A stretch of 64,000 bases of DNA from Terriglobia bacterium (GTDB lineage Bacteria; Acidobacteriota; Terriglobia; Terriglobales; Acidobacteriaceae). This document shows, one piece after another, positions 47,667 through 55,474 of the stretch. The stretch lies in the NCBI GenBank assembly GCA_963779255.1, contig CAVZXU010000025.1:67-64066 (forward strand). Reading direction: 5' to 3'. Numbering within the stretch: the stretch's first letter is position 1; each line of letters starts with the position of its first letter. The position numbers and the translations under genes were made by a program. Under the pieces are notes generated by a model that saw nothing but the letters and a program-made list of their open reading frames with translations, made no database searches and was not told where the DNA came from.

Positions 47667-48077
47667 CTATCGGACCGCAACAATGATCAGAATGAGCACG
47701 GCAACAGCCACGAGAATGATGATCAGGTCGCGATCACTAAGCGTGCCGGCGGCGAAGTCAGCCTGCGCCTTTTGCGTTCGTTGAGCCAGCCGCGCCAGCT
47801 CAGGGTCGTCCAGCGTGGAAATGGCGTTCTTCACCTGCTCCGGGTTCATGTGCGCGGAGCGCAATGCTTTTTCGGCCTGCTCGGACGAGAAAAATTGTCT
47901 GACCTGTTCCACATTCTGCTGCCGCAGGTTAGAGGCTTGCACCGCGGCTCGCTGCAGGTCAGCGGGGCTCACTACGTGCGCCGCCCCTTCCGCCGCCAGG
48001 TTCTGGGGAAGGGCGAAAACCGCGGCCAGGACAAAAGCCGTTGCCACCCGGGATAGCTGCTTCATATCGAAAGGCAT
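47667..48077 (-). CDS. Small secreted protein with a C-terminal TM anchor, possibly PA2779-like
   Basis: GGAGG lies 10 nt upstream. Signal MPFDMKQLSRVATAFVLAAVFALPQNLAAEG. A helical middle is followed by a C-terminal LIIILVAVAVLILIIVAV. The family name is recalled from memory, not searched. Confidence 0.6.
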   Translation of the reverse strand: MPFDMKQLSRVATAFVLAAVFALPQNLAAEGAAHVVSPADLQRAAVQASNLRQQNVEQVRQFFSSEQAEKALRSAHMNPEQVKNAISTLDDPELARLAQRTQKAQADFAAGTLSDRDLIIILVAVAVLILIIVAVR

Positions 48078-48264
48078 TGTCTTGCGACCTCCGCTGAAAT
48101 TCTTATTGGGGGCCCGACTGCGCGAGACTGGCTCCGTTCAGGCCGAGCGCCTGCAAAAATAGTACACGCACACACTCCATGATGCGGAGCCCATTCAGCA
48201 GGCTTGTCCGCAAGGTAACAAGATCAATAAACAAGGCGAGCGATCGCTTTGGACAGCTCTGCGC

Positions 48265-50784
48265 CTACAAGTTTCCCACCGCCTTCTGCAGTTCGGCGGC
48301 AATCCACTCCGGAGCGCTGTTCTGCGGGAATCGCACCGGCGCCCCGATCCTCACTTGTATCTTTCCCGGCCGCGCCAACCTCTTCCCGGCTTTCTTCAAC
48401 TCATAGAGTCCGTCAATCCGCATGGGCACGACCGGTATGGCCAGATTGTTAGCCAGCAGTCCCACGCCCGCGCGAAAAGGACGCATCTTGCCATCCGTGG
48501 TGTGGTGTCCTTCGGGAAAAACCAGAATGCTGGAACCACGGTCCACGGATTCTCCCGCATAGGCGAAGCTCTCGCGGAAGCCAGCTTCGCGCGGCAAGGG
48601 AAACAGGTTGAGCAGCGAGACTCCCAAGTTCCACCGTACGCGGTCATAAACTCGGCCCAGCAGACTTCGTCCGCTTGGCGGGGTTCGCAGTGCTTCCAGC
48701 GCTTCTCCCCCAGTGGCCGTCGCCAGCCGGTGCCGGAAGCGCGCCGGAAGTGCGGTCTGCACAAAACCCACATCCACATCAGCAATGTGATTGCACACCA
48801 CCAATACCGGCCCGCGAAGTCCTCGCAGATTTTCCCGCCCGGCAATGCGCGGCCATCCCAACAGAAATACCGCCGGACGCAAAAGCAGATAGTGAGTGAT
48901 CAGCCGCACCCAGGTTGTGGGCCAACGCTGCACCCATGCCGGATAGTGATAAGGCGCCCGCGGCGGAAGTTTGCCCTGCAGCATGCGCTCCAAGTCGCCG
49001 ACCGTCTTGACCGCGGCGAACCGGGTCTCGCTTAAATCCACCTGATACCGGTCTTCGAGAGCACCCAGCAATTCCACACGATCGAGCGAACTCAGGTTCA
49101 AATCCGCTTCCAGGTTGGAGCCCTGACCCAACTCCCCTGCGGCCTTCCCTTTGATCCGCGCAATCAACTCGGCCAACGGACTCAATCCGGATTGCCCAAC
49201 CGGCGTCGCTCCCAATCGCGCCTGTACCACTTGCTGGATGGCGCTGGTTCGCGGCTTCTGCGTGGAGGTCCGCGGGAAGTCGTCCTCCGGCCACAGAAAC
49301 CAGTTCCGCATGCGCTGGTATTCAGCCAGAGTTTCGTTGGCGCGCCTCACCACAGGTTCAGGATCACATTTGCCATCGCGCATGATCATTACCGCACACG
49401 GCTCCGCGTTCCCATCTCGTGGCAGCGCGATCACCACGCAGTCTTTCACCTCGGGTTGGCGGCGCAGCGCAGCCTCGAGGTCCTCCGGATAAATATTCAT
49501 CCCGGCAGGAGTAACGATCACATCTTTCTTGCGGCCTTTGAAATACAGATTGCCTTCGGCATCGAGCGCGCCGATGTCTCCAGTTCCGTACCAGCCTTCT
49601 TCGGCTGTCATGGGCTGCAGTTGGTGCCCGGTCCAGTACCCGGCAGCCACGCCGCTGCCGCGGACCAGGATTTCGCCGTCCGGCGCCAGTTTGACCTCGC
49701 GCCCCGCCAGTACTTTCCCAAGCGACCCTTTGCCCAGCCGAAAAGGATGATTCACGCTGACGATGGACGTGGTCTCCGTGAGCCCATAGCCCTGGATGGC
49801 GGCGTATCCGAGGCGTCCCCAGAACTCTTCGGTCACGCGGTCGAGGGCAGCTCCGCCGGAAATGAACGCCCAGAACTTCCATCCGAACTGGCGATGCACG
49901 CGCCGGAAAATCCACCAGCGATGCAGGAAATGCTTCCCTTCCGCCGCTTGAAACCGCCGCCGGAACTTTTCCAGCCGGCCTGCATCCTCCAGATCGCGCT
50001 CGATTTTTTCCTTAAGCGATTGCAGCATACGCGGTACTGCAACCAGCACCGACACGCGCTCCCGCCGTATGGTGTGAATGACTTCCCCCGGCTTGAGCGC
50101 ATCCTGAAAAATCACCGTGCCTCCTAACAGCTGAGGCAGAAATATTCCCAGGAATTGACCAAAGACATGGCTCAAGGGCAGCAGGTTCAGGAAGCGAATG
50201 GGATGGACCCAGCGTTCGTACTTCAGGTATCTCTGGATTTCTATTTCGAGGGGCGCGATATTGTCCAGCACATTGCCGTGGGTGATCACCACGCCCTTTG
50301 GTTCGGCAGTAGTCCCGGAAGTAAAAACGATTTCCAGGACATCCGCAGGCACGATCGCCGCCGCGTCGTATGGTGCCGCTGAGTGAACCGACAGTGTATT
50401 CTGCGAGTCTTCAAGAATTAGGACTGGAATCGAAGGCGGGACATGCTCACGCGAACACACCAGCAGCCTTCCGTCCACCTGCTGATAAACGCGCTGGGTG
50501 AAGTCGGCAGCGCCAGCCTCATCGATGGGAACAACAATCACACCCCGCAGCGCGCAACCAAAAAAGGCCGTTACCCACTCAGCCGAGTTCGGCCCCCACA
50601 GCAGGACGCGCTCGCCTTTACCGATTCCGCGTTCTTCCAATTCGCGGGCAAAGCGGAAGGCAGCCTCCGCCACTTGCTGGTAGCTCCACCGCACAGTGCG
50701 GTATCCGCGATGCTGAACGTACGCGCACTCGCGCCCTCGTTGTAGAAAGCTGTTCAGGTATTCGACAACGGAGTGGCGCTCCAT
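48265..50784 (-). CDS. Tri-domain fusion: AMP-dependent acyl ligase, then a carrier-protein-like domain, then a PlsC-type lysophospholipid acyltransferase
   Basis: IVFTSGTTAEPKGVVITHGN and YGLTETT..GTGDIG..FKGRKKDVIV (adenylation). LNLSSLDRVELLGALEDRY (phosphopantetheine Ser context). CNHIADVDVGF and ILVFPEGHHTTDG (HxxxxD and FPEG acyltransferase motifs). Confidence 0.85.
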   Translation of the reverse strand: MERHSVVEYLNSFLQRGRECAYVQHRGYRTVRWSYQQVAEAAFRFARELEERGIGKGERVLLWGPNSAEWVTAFFGCALRGVIVVPIDEAGAADFTQRVYQQVDGRLLVCSREHVPPSIPVLILEDSQNTLSVHSAAPYDAAAIVPADVLEIVFTSGTTAEPKGVVITHGNVLDNIAPLEIEIQRYLKYERWVHPIRFLNLLPLSHVFGQFLGIFLPQLLGGTVIFQDALKPGEVIHTIRRERVSVLVAVPRMLQSLKEKIERDLEDAGRLEKFRRRFQAAEGKHFLHRWWIFRRVHRQFGWKFWAFISGGAALDRVTEEFWGRLGYAAIQGYGLTETTSIVSVNHPFRLGKGSLGKVLAGREVKLAPDGEILVRGSGVAAGYWTGHQLQPMTAEEGWYGTGDIGALDAEGNLYFKGRKKDVIVTPAGMNIYPEDLEAALRRQPEVKDCVVIALPRDGNAEPCAVMIMRDGKCDPEPVVRRANETLAEYQRMRNWFLWPEDDFPRTSTQKPRTSAIQQVVQARLGATPVGQSGLSPLAELIARIKGKAAGELGQGSNLEADLNLSSLDRVELLGALEDRYQVDLSETRFAAVKTVGDLERMLQGKLPPRAPYHYPAWVQRWPTTWVRLITHYLLLRPAVFLLGWPRIAGRENLRGLRGPVLVVCNHIADVDVGFVQTALPARFRHRLATATGGEALEALRTPPSGRSLLGRVYDRVRWNLGVSLLNLFPLPREAGFRESFAYAGESVDRGSSILVFPEGHHTTDGKMRPFRAGVGLLANNLAIPVVPMRIDGLYELKKAGKRLARPGKIQVRIGAPVRFPQNSAPEWIAAELQKAVGNL

Positions 50785-50840
50785 GCCTAGGATGGTATCG
50801 CTTTGGAGGCTGACCAGCATCCAACGTTGGGGTATTTCGA

Positions 50841-51779
50841 TTACGCTGACATGCGTCGCGCATTTTTCGGGCAGAAGTTGGACAACAGGTTCAGGAACTC
50901 CGTCAGGAAGGGCGCTGCGGGTTGATTGCGCAGGGTCACGGCGTACCATTGCCGCCGAAATCCGCGACCGCTCATGGGTCGGATGGCAACTTTGCCGGTT
51001 TCCACAGCCGGCGCCACTGCCCAGCGGGCCAGAAAGCCGATGCCCGTCCCTGCGCCGGCTAACTCAACGATGGCTTCAGTCAGCGGCACTTCGATGACCC
51101 GCTGCGCCTCTACTCCGGCCGGCTTCAGCAGCTTGTTAATCAGCGTGCTCTCTTCCCGGGGCGGGTAGATCAGAATAGTTTCCGTCTCCAGGTCCCTGGG
51201 CCGCACCAGGCTCGCAGAGGCAAGGCGATGCTTGGGGGACATCACCAGGACCAGTTCATCTTCAAACATGGGCGTCACTCGGAGGCTTTTGTTGCGCGGC
51301 GGACAACTGATGATCGCGACGTCCAGTTTGCCTTCAAGCAATGCCGCCGCCGGATTCGACGTCGCGCTGGCGACGATGTTCACTTCCACCTTCGAAAACT
51401 TGCCGTGAAACCTTTGCAGCACCGGCGGCAGCCAGTGATAGCAGGTATAGCATTCAGTGCTCAGCCGGATCTCACCTCGGGCCCCGCCGTTAAGTCCCTC
51501 GATCTGCACCTCGGTATCGCTGAGTTCGTTGAGCACCCGGCGCGCGCATGCAATCAGCCGCTCGCCGGCCGGCGTCAGTACCATCTTTCTTCCCAGCCGC
51601 AGGAATAGCGCCGTGCCCAGCCTTTCTTCCGCGTCCCGCAACTGGTGACTCAGCGCCGATTGCGTAAGGTGCAGGCGCTTTCCGGCCTCGGTGACGCTGC
51701 CTTCTTCGGCCACAGTCACCAGCAATTTGAGGTGGCGGACTTCCAGTTTCGGGCTCATCTCGCCATGAGTGTAGTTCAT
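50841..51779 (-). CDS. LysR-family transcriptional regulator
   Basis: LEVRHLKLLVTVAEEGSVTEAGKRLHLTQSALSHQLRDAEERLGTALFLR, followed by a substrate-binding domain. The start is at 51779 or 51758. Confidence 0.85.
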   Translation of the reverse strand: MNYTHGEMSPKLEVRHLKLLVTVAEEGSVTEAGKRLHLTQSALSHQLRDAEERLGTALFLRLGRKMVLTPAGERLIACARRVLNELSDTEVQIEGLNGGARGEIRLSTECYTCYHWLPPVLQRFHGKFSKVEVNIVASATSNPAAALLEGKLDVAIISCPPRNKSLRVTPMFEDELVLVMSPKHRLASASLVRPRDLETETILIYPPREESTLINKLLKPAGVEAQRVIEVPLTEAIVELAGAGTGIGFLARWAVAPAVETGKVAIRPMSGRGFRRQWYAVTLRNQPAAPFLTEFLNLLSNFCPKNARRMSA

Positions 51780-51975
51780 AGATCGGATGAAAACAAACAA
51801 TAAATCTCATATGTATTGCATCACGTCCAATTCCCCAGAGCGCCGAAAACGGTTTGACGGCAAGAAGCGGATAGCAAGTGCACCAGGGTTCGCCGCAGAC
51901 TCGGTTCTTGACCGTCAACGAATCCGCAACAGCAGCAGCTGAACGAAAGCAACACACAAACAAGAGGAGAGTGTT

Positions 51976-52404
51976 ATGAAAAACTTGGTTGGACGCGTCC
52001 TTACTTCACTTCTTCTGAGCATGCTGACGATGGGCTCCATCGCCCAGGGGCAACGCGCCGAGCAGATCATCAAGGCGAACATTCCATTCGATTTCGCGGT
52101 GGGCGACCGATATTTTCCCGCGGGGCGCTACTCACTGGTCCGCAGTGAGCCCTGGCACCTTGAATTGCGCGACTCCAAAGGCCGCGCATTGGTCAATGTG
52201 TTGACCCAATCGGTTGAGACCTCTGTTAGTCCCGTCCGGCCCACGCTGCAGTTCGAGAGCGAGGGCGGCCGCAACGTGCTGACCCAGGTCTGGCCAGAGA
52301 ATGAATCCATCGGCCAGCAAATTTTGCAGCCAAAGTGGGGCACTGATGCTGTCCGGAAGCGCTCCGGTCACGTCCAAACTGCCAAGGTCGGCAATCCGCG
52401 CTAG
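51976..52404 (+). CDS. Small secreted protein (an acidobacterial paralog family carrying an IPFDFAVGDRYFPAGRYSL-type motif)
   Basis: Signal MKNLVGRVLTSLLLSMLTMGSIAQG. The motif ANIPFDFAVGDRYFPAGRYSLV is present. Confidence 0.65.
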   Translation: MKNLVGRVLTSLLLSMLTMGSIAQGQRAEQIIKANIPFDFAVGDRYFPAGRYSLVRSEPWHLELRDSKGRALVNVLTQSVETSVSPVRPTLQFESEGGRNVLTQVWPENESIGQQILQPKWGTDAVRKRSGHVQTAKVGNPR

Positions 52405-52435
52405 ACACTTAACAACCGCGTCACGGGAGGACCCA

Positions 52436-52966
52436 ATGGAAACCAGCAGGAATGGAAGCAACGGGCAATCGCAAGTGGCTGACCCCCATGTTCAGGAAGT
52501 CATCCGCTCCGCGGAACGGGAGCTTCACGAGTTGCTTGAGCGACGGGCAGAACTCATGAAGCGCATCGGCACCATCAAGCAAACCCTGGCCGGGTTGGCG
52601 AATATTTTCGGCGACGGCGTGCTCAGCGACCAGCTCCTCAGCCTTCTCGATCGCAAATCGGCCAGCCGGCAGCCGGGTTTCACGCGCGCCTGTCGAGTGG
52701 TCCTCATGGACGCAAAAAAACCGCTCGGCGCCCGGTTGGTCTGCCAGGCGCTCCAGCAGAGATTTCCCGACATACTCGAGCGCCATAAGGATCCCATCGC
52801 GTCGGTGACGACGGTGTTGAACCGGCTGGCGGATTACGGTGAAGCGCGATGTTCTCTGGACGCCAGCGGGCGTCGGGTCTGGAAGTGGATCGCGGAGCCC
52901 GGCGACAGTGCGGATCTGCTACTGGCCGGAGATGACCAGTTTTTCCAGCAGCAAGCAGGGAAGTGA
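52436..52966 (+). CDS. Hypothetical protein (coiled-coil N-terminus, possible winged-helix C-terminus)
   Basis: ATG at 52436 follows GGGAGG, 32 nt after the previous stop codon. Confidence 0.55.
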   Translation: METSRNGSNGQSQVADPHVQEVIRSAERELHELLERRAELMKRIGTIKQTLAGLANIFGDGVLSDQLLSLLDRKSASRQPGFTRACRVVLMDAKKPLGARLVCQALQQRFPDILERHKDPIASVTTVLNRLADYGEARCSLDASGRRVWKWIAEPGDSADLLLAGDDQFFQQQAGK

Positions 52967-53104
52967 CAATAAAAGAACGTGTGGGACCGGGTCTCTGACC
53001 CGGTCAGGCCCAGCGCAGCTCGGCTAGCCCGCCGGCGACCAAAGATCACCGCACACACCGAGCCGAGGTTCGCTCGGCCTAGCCGGGTCGAGAGCCCCGC
53101 AGTC

Positions 53105-53671
53105 TTACTCTCGTCCTACTCCCAGCGCGTCCGCTACGCGGTTGATGTAGTTGAACCAGGAGGCAATCAACGTTATCTGCAGAATCGCCTTATCGTCGAA
53201 GCCGGCGGAGCGCAGACGTTCGTGGTCGTCTTTCCAGATCTTGGTCGCGTCTTTTGTGATCTTTACCACGTAGTCGAGCATGACCCTCTCCGGCGGAGTG
53301 ATGGGAGCGGTGGTGTAGTCCTTTTCCAGCGCATCAACCAGAGCCGTATCCAACGTGACTCGACGCAGAAACTCTGCGTGTGAGTCGATTCAATAAACGC
53401 ACCGGTTGGTGACTGAAACCACGGTGGTGATCATCTCGTGCTGGCGCCGGGAGAGCGGCAGGTCGGGAGACATCAGCACGCCGAAAGTGGCGAAGGCGTG
53501 GTAGAGAGCCTCAGGAATGAGGCTGTGGGACTCGGTGATCATCGCACCCCCACCTTCCGTGGGATGCACCGGGGTTGCGTACTCCTTTGGATAGAGAGAC
53601 TTCTGGCCTTCCATTGCCTGGCGCAGCTTTTCGTCGCCTTGGGAGACTGGAATGGTGCGGATCCAGGTCAT
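53105..53671 (-). CDS. CMD/AhpD-like 'peroxidase-related enzyme' with an in-frame UGA at 53390..53392; a candidate selenoprotein (CxxU)
   Basis: ORFs 53390..53671 and 53105..53353 are in the same frame, separated only by one TGA. Read-through gives ..[21 protein letters not shown].., where the family motif is N-x-C-x-Y-C-x-x-x-H. A hairpin follows the TGA. Confidence 0.6.
53357..53386 (-). promoter_or_regulatory. Candidate bacterial SECIS hairpin
   Basis: The minus strand reads UGA AUC GACUC AC ACGCAGA GUU UCUGCGU C GAGUC: 12 bp of stem with one small asymmetric bulge. The G/U-containing apical loop lies about 17 nt after the UGA. Confidence 0.5.
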
Positions 53672-53995
53672 AAAAAGGGCTTGCCTTTCATGGGTGTTCC
53701 CGCCGTAAAATGCCGCGGTCGGAATTGAGGCTATACCGAAGGCGCCAGGAGTGCCAATACTAGAATTCCGTTATTCGAGGCTTGGCCGACAGATTCGTTC
53801 GCGGGTTCTACCGCGGGAAGGATCGCTCCATGAGCATCATGGTATTGCAGGTTCTCCGGAAGCTGCCCAAACCCTTGATCCTGTTGTTGTCGTTGTTCCT
53901 GCTGGCAGCCATCGCGCGGGCCTGAACTGGCTCCTGATTCAAAGCGTGTCGTCCAGCACGCCATAGCTCAGTTTCAGTCCTGCCTTATCCAAGGC

Positions 53996-54101
53996 GTCAT
54001 GCTGAGCTTGCGAAGCATCGGGCGTGAAGCGTATACGCGGCTAGCCTACAGTGGCGCAGATGCGCGCCAGATCCTTCGGGACTGAAGTCCCTCAGGATGA
54101 C
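53996..54101. repeat. REP-like composite palindromic element
   Basis: Outer arms GTCATGCTGAG (53996-54006) and CTCAGGATGAC (54091-54101). Inner hairpins GGCGCAgaTGCGCGCC (54053-54068) and GGGAC-tgaa-GTCCC (54078-54091). Confidence 0.45.
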
Positions 54102-54193
54102 TCAGGATTTGGGAATTCTTCAAGCCGAGCTGCTAGCTGTCATGCGCTCCGAAGTGCGTCCCTCCACGCAGGAGCAACACAGAACTCATCTGG

Positions 54194-54565
54194 TCAGATC
54201 AGTCCGTCTTTCACCCTGCGAAGAAAGTCTTCCGCATCGGCCTGAGCCTTTTTGGCGGCGTTGGGATCATTGCGGTTCTCGAAAGTGATTTCCTGCAACG
54301 TAATCTGGGCCGCGTCTTTGGGTTTGAAGCCTCGGGTGACCAGCTTTCTGGCCCGCGCCGCAAAACTCTCAGAGTCAACCAGCGCTGCTGGCTCGCCGTG
54401 CACCGTGCAATCGTGGTCCTGGAACTTGCTTGCGGCCAACCGGTCGTAGGCACTCTTGGCTTCCGTATCGGTCAGCATTGCCGGCACCGGAAAAGTCCAG
54501 CCGCACTGGGAACACGCCCAGCCAGTCAGGCGTTGGTGCGATACCCATGTAAGCCATCTGCCCAT
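54194..54565 (-). CDS. Hypothetical protein (123 aa)
   Basis: The ORF has a Cys/Trp-rich N-terminus WACSQCGWTF. I recognise no family. Confidence 0.45.
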   Translation of the reverse strand: MGRWLTWVSHQRLTGWACSQCGWTFPVPAMLTDTEAKSAYDRLAASKFQDHDCTVHGEPAALVDSESFAARARKLVTRGFKPKDAAQITLQEITFENRNDPNAAKKAQADAEDFLRRVKDGLI

Positions 54566-54569
54566 GGTT

Positions 54570-55067
54570 CTCCCTCATTTGCCGCAGGGGGTAAAGAATG
54601 CCTGGGCCCGAGTCACGTTCTTTACTTCCTTGGTAGGAATGCGGCGAATGTACGAAGCGAGGTTCTCCCCAACCCAGCGTGCCCCCCCCGGGACGCTGAA
54701 TGTTGCCGGAAATAATCTTACAAGAACAAGCCCGCCAGCAGTAGTGACGGCTTAGGGAACCGGCGATCCGGTCATGGAGGACGGGCGTCCTCTCCCGTCG
54801 CCATTGCAGATGGTTCATGCGGCATCTGTTACTCCCGTATTCCGCCACAACCAACGGCGTCAGCGCCATGTGCACGTGATCAGGCATCACCACCACGGCG
54901 TGCATTGCGAACTTTCTACCGTTCCCCGCAAGGCATGTATCAATCACGATATGAAGCACCGATTCCGGGAGGATCCAGCGGTGGTGCGTGGAGAAAGTGA
55001 TGAAGAAGGCTTTGAAATCCGGCTGATAGTGGGGCAGCTTACGGCGGTACTCATACTTGCGCTGCAT
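54570..55067 (-). pseudogene. REP-associated tyrosine transposase (RAYT, IS200/Y1-like) remnant
   Basis: The N-terminus YRRKLPHYQPDFKAFFITFSTHHRWILP..FAMHAVVVMPDHVHMALTP is the Y1 transposase HUH region. The rest is out of frame and degenerate (..ENLASYIRRIP.. lies in another frame). Confidence 0.65.
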
Positions 55068-55214
55068 CCTGGATCAATAACACCACGGACCGAAACGAGG
55101 TAGCGTACTTTTAGGTGTTTCTTGGATGGATTCCCGAATCGGCGTTCTTCGGGTGCAGAGTTCGATCTAGCATACTCGTGAGGCTGCGCGGCCTTGGACT
55201 CACGGTTCATTCCC

Positions 55215-55241
55215 GACGGGCGAGACGCCCGTCCTCCATGA
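55215..55241. repeat. REP-like hairpin plus a conserved 17-mer
   Basis: GACGGGCG-aga-CGCCCGTC (55215-55233). The 17-mer ACGCCCGTCCTCCATGA (55225-55241) recurs in inverted orientation at 54772-54788. Confidence 0.6.
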
Positions 55242-55474
55242 TCTGCTTCCAGTTAGGAGTGGTTCCGGACGTAACTCGGTCGTACACTCCCTTTCGGTAA
55301 CCCTTAGTAACCATACGATTCTTGGTAACCCGTCTTACAATGACCCTTGTCCGAAAGACCATCCCTCGTATGATCGGCAGACATGGCCGGTCGGATGGCC
55401 AACCCGTCGGTGAACCTTCTCACGGAAGATGTTTTCTGGCGGGAAATAAACCGGGAGCTGGAGTCAGCAATCTT

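Noticed and set aside
53830-53925. A 31-codon hydrophobic ORF (MSIMVLQVLRKLPKPLILLLSLFLLAAIARA) with a GGAAGGA upstream
   Set aside because: It could be a small membrane peptide. There is no conservation evidence and such ORFs arise easily by chance, so it is not listed as a feature.
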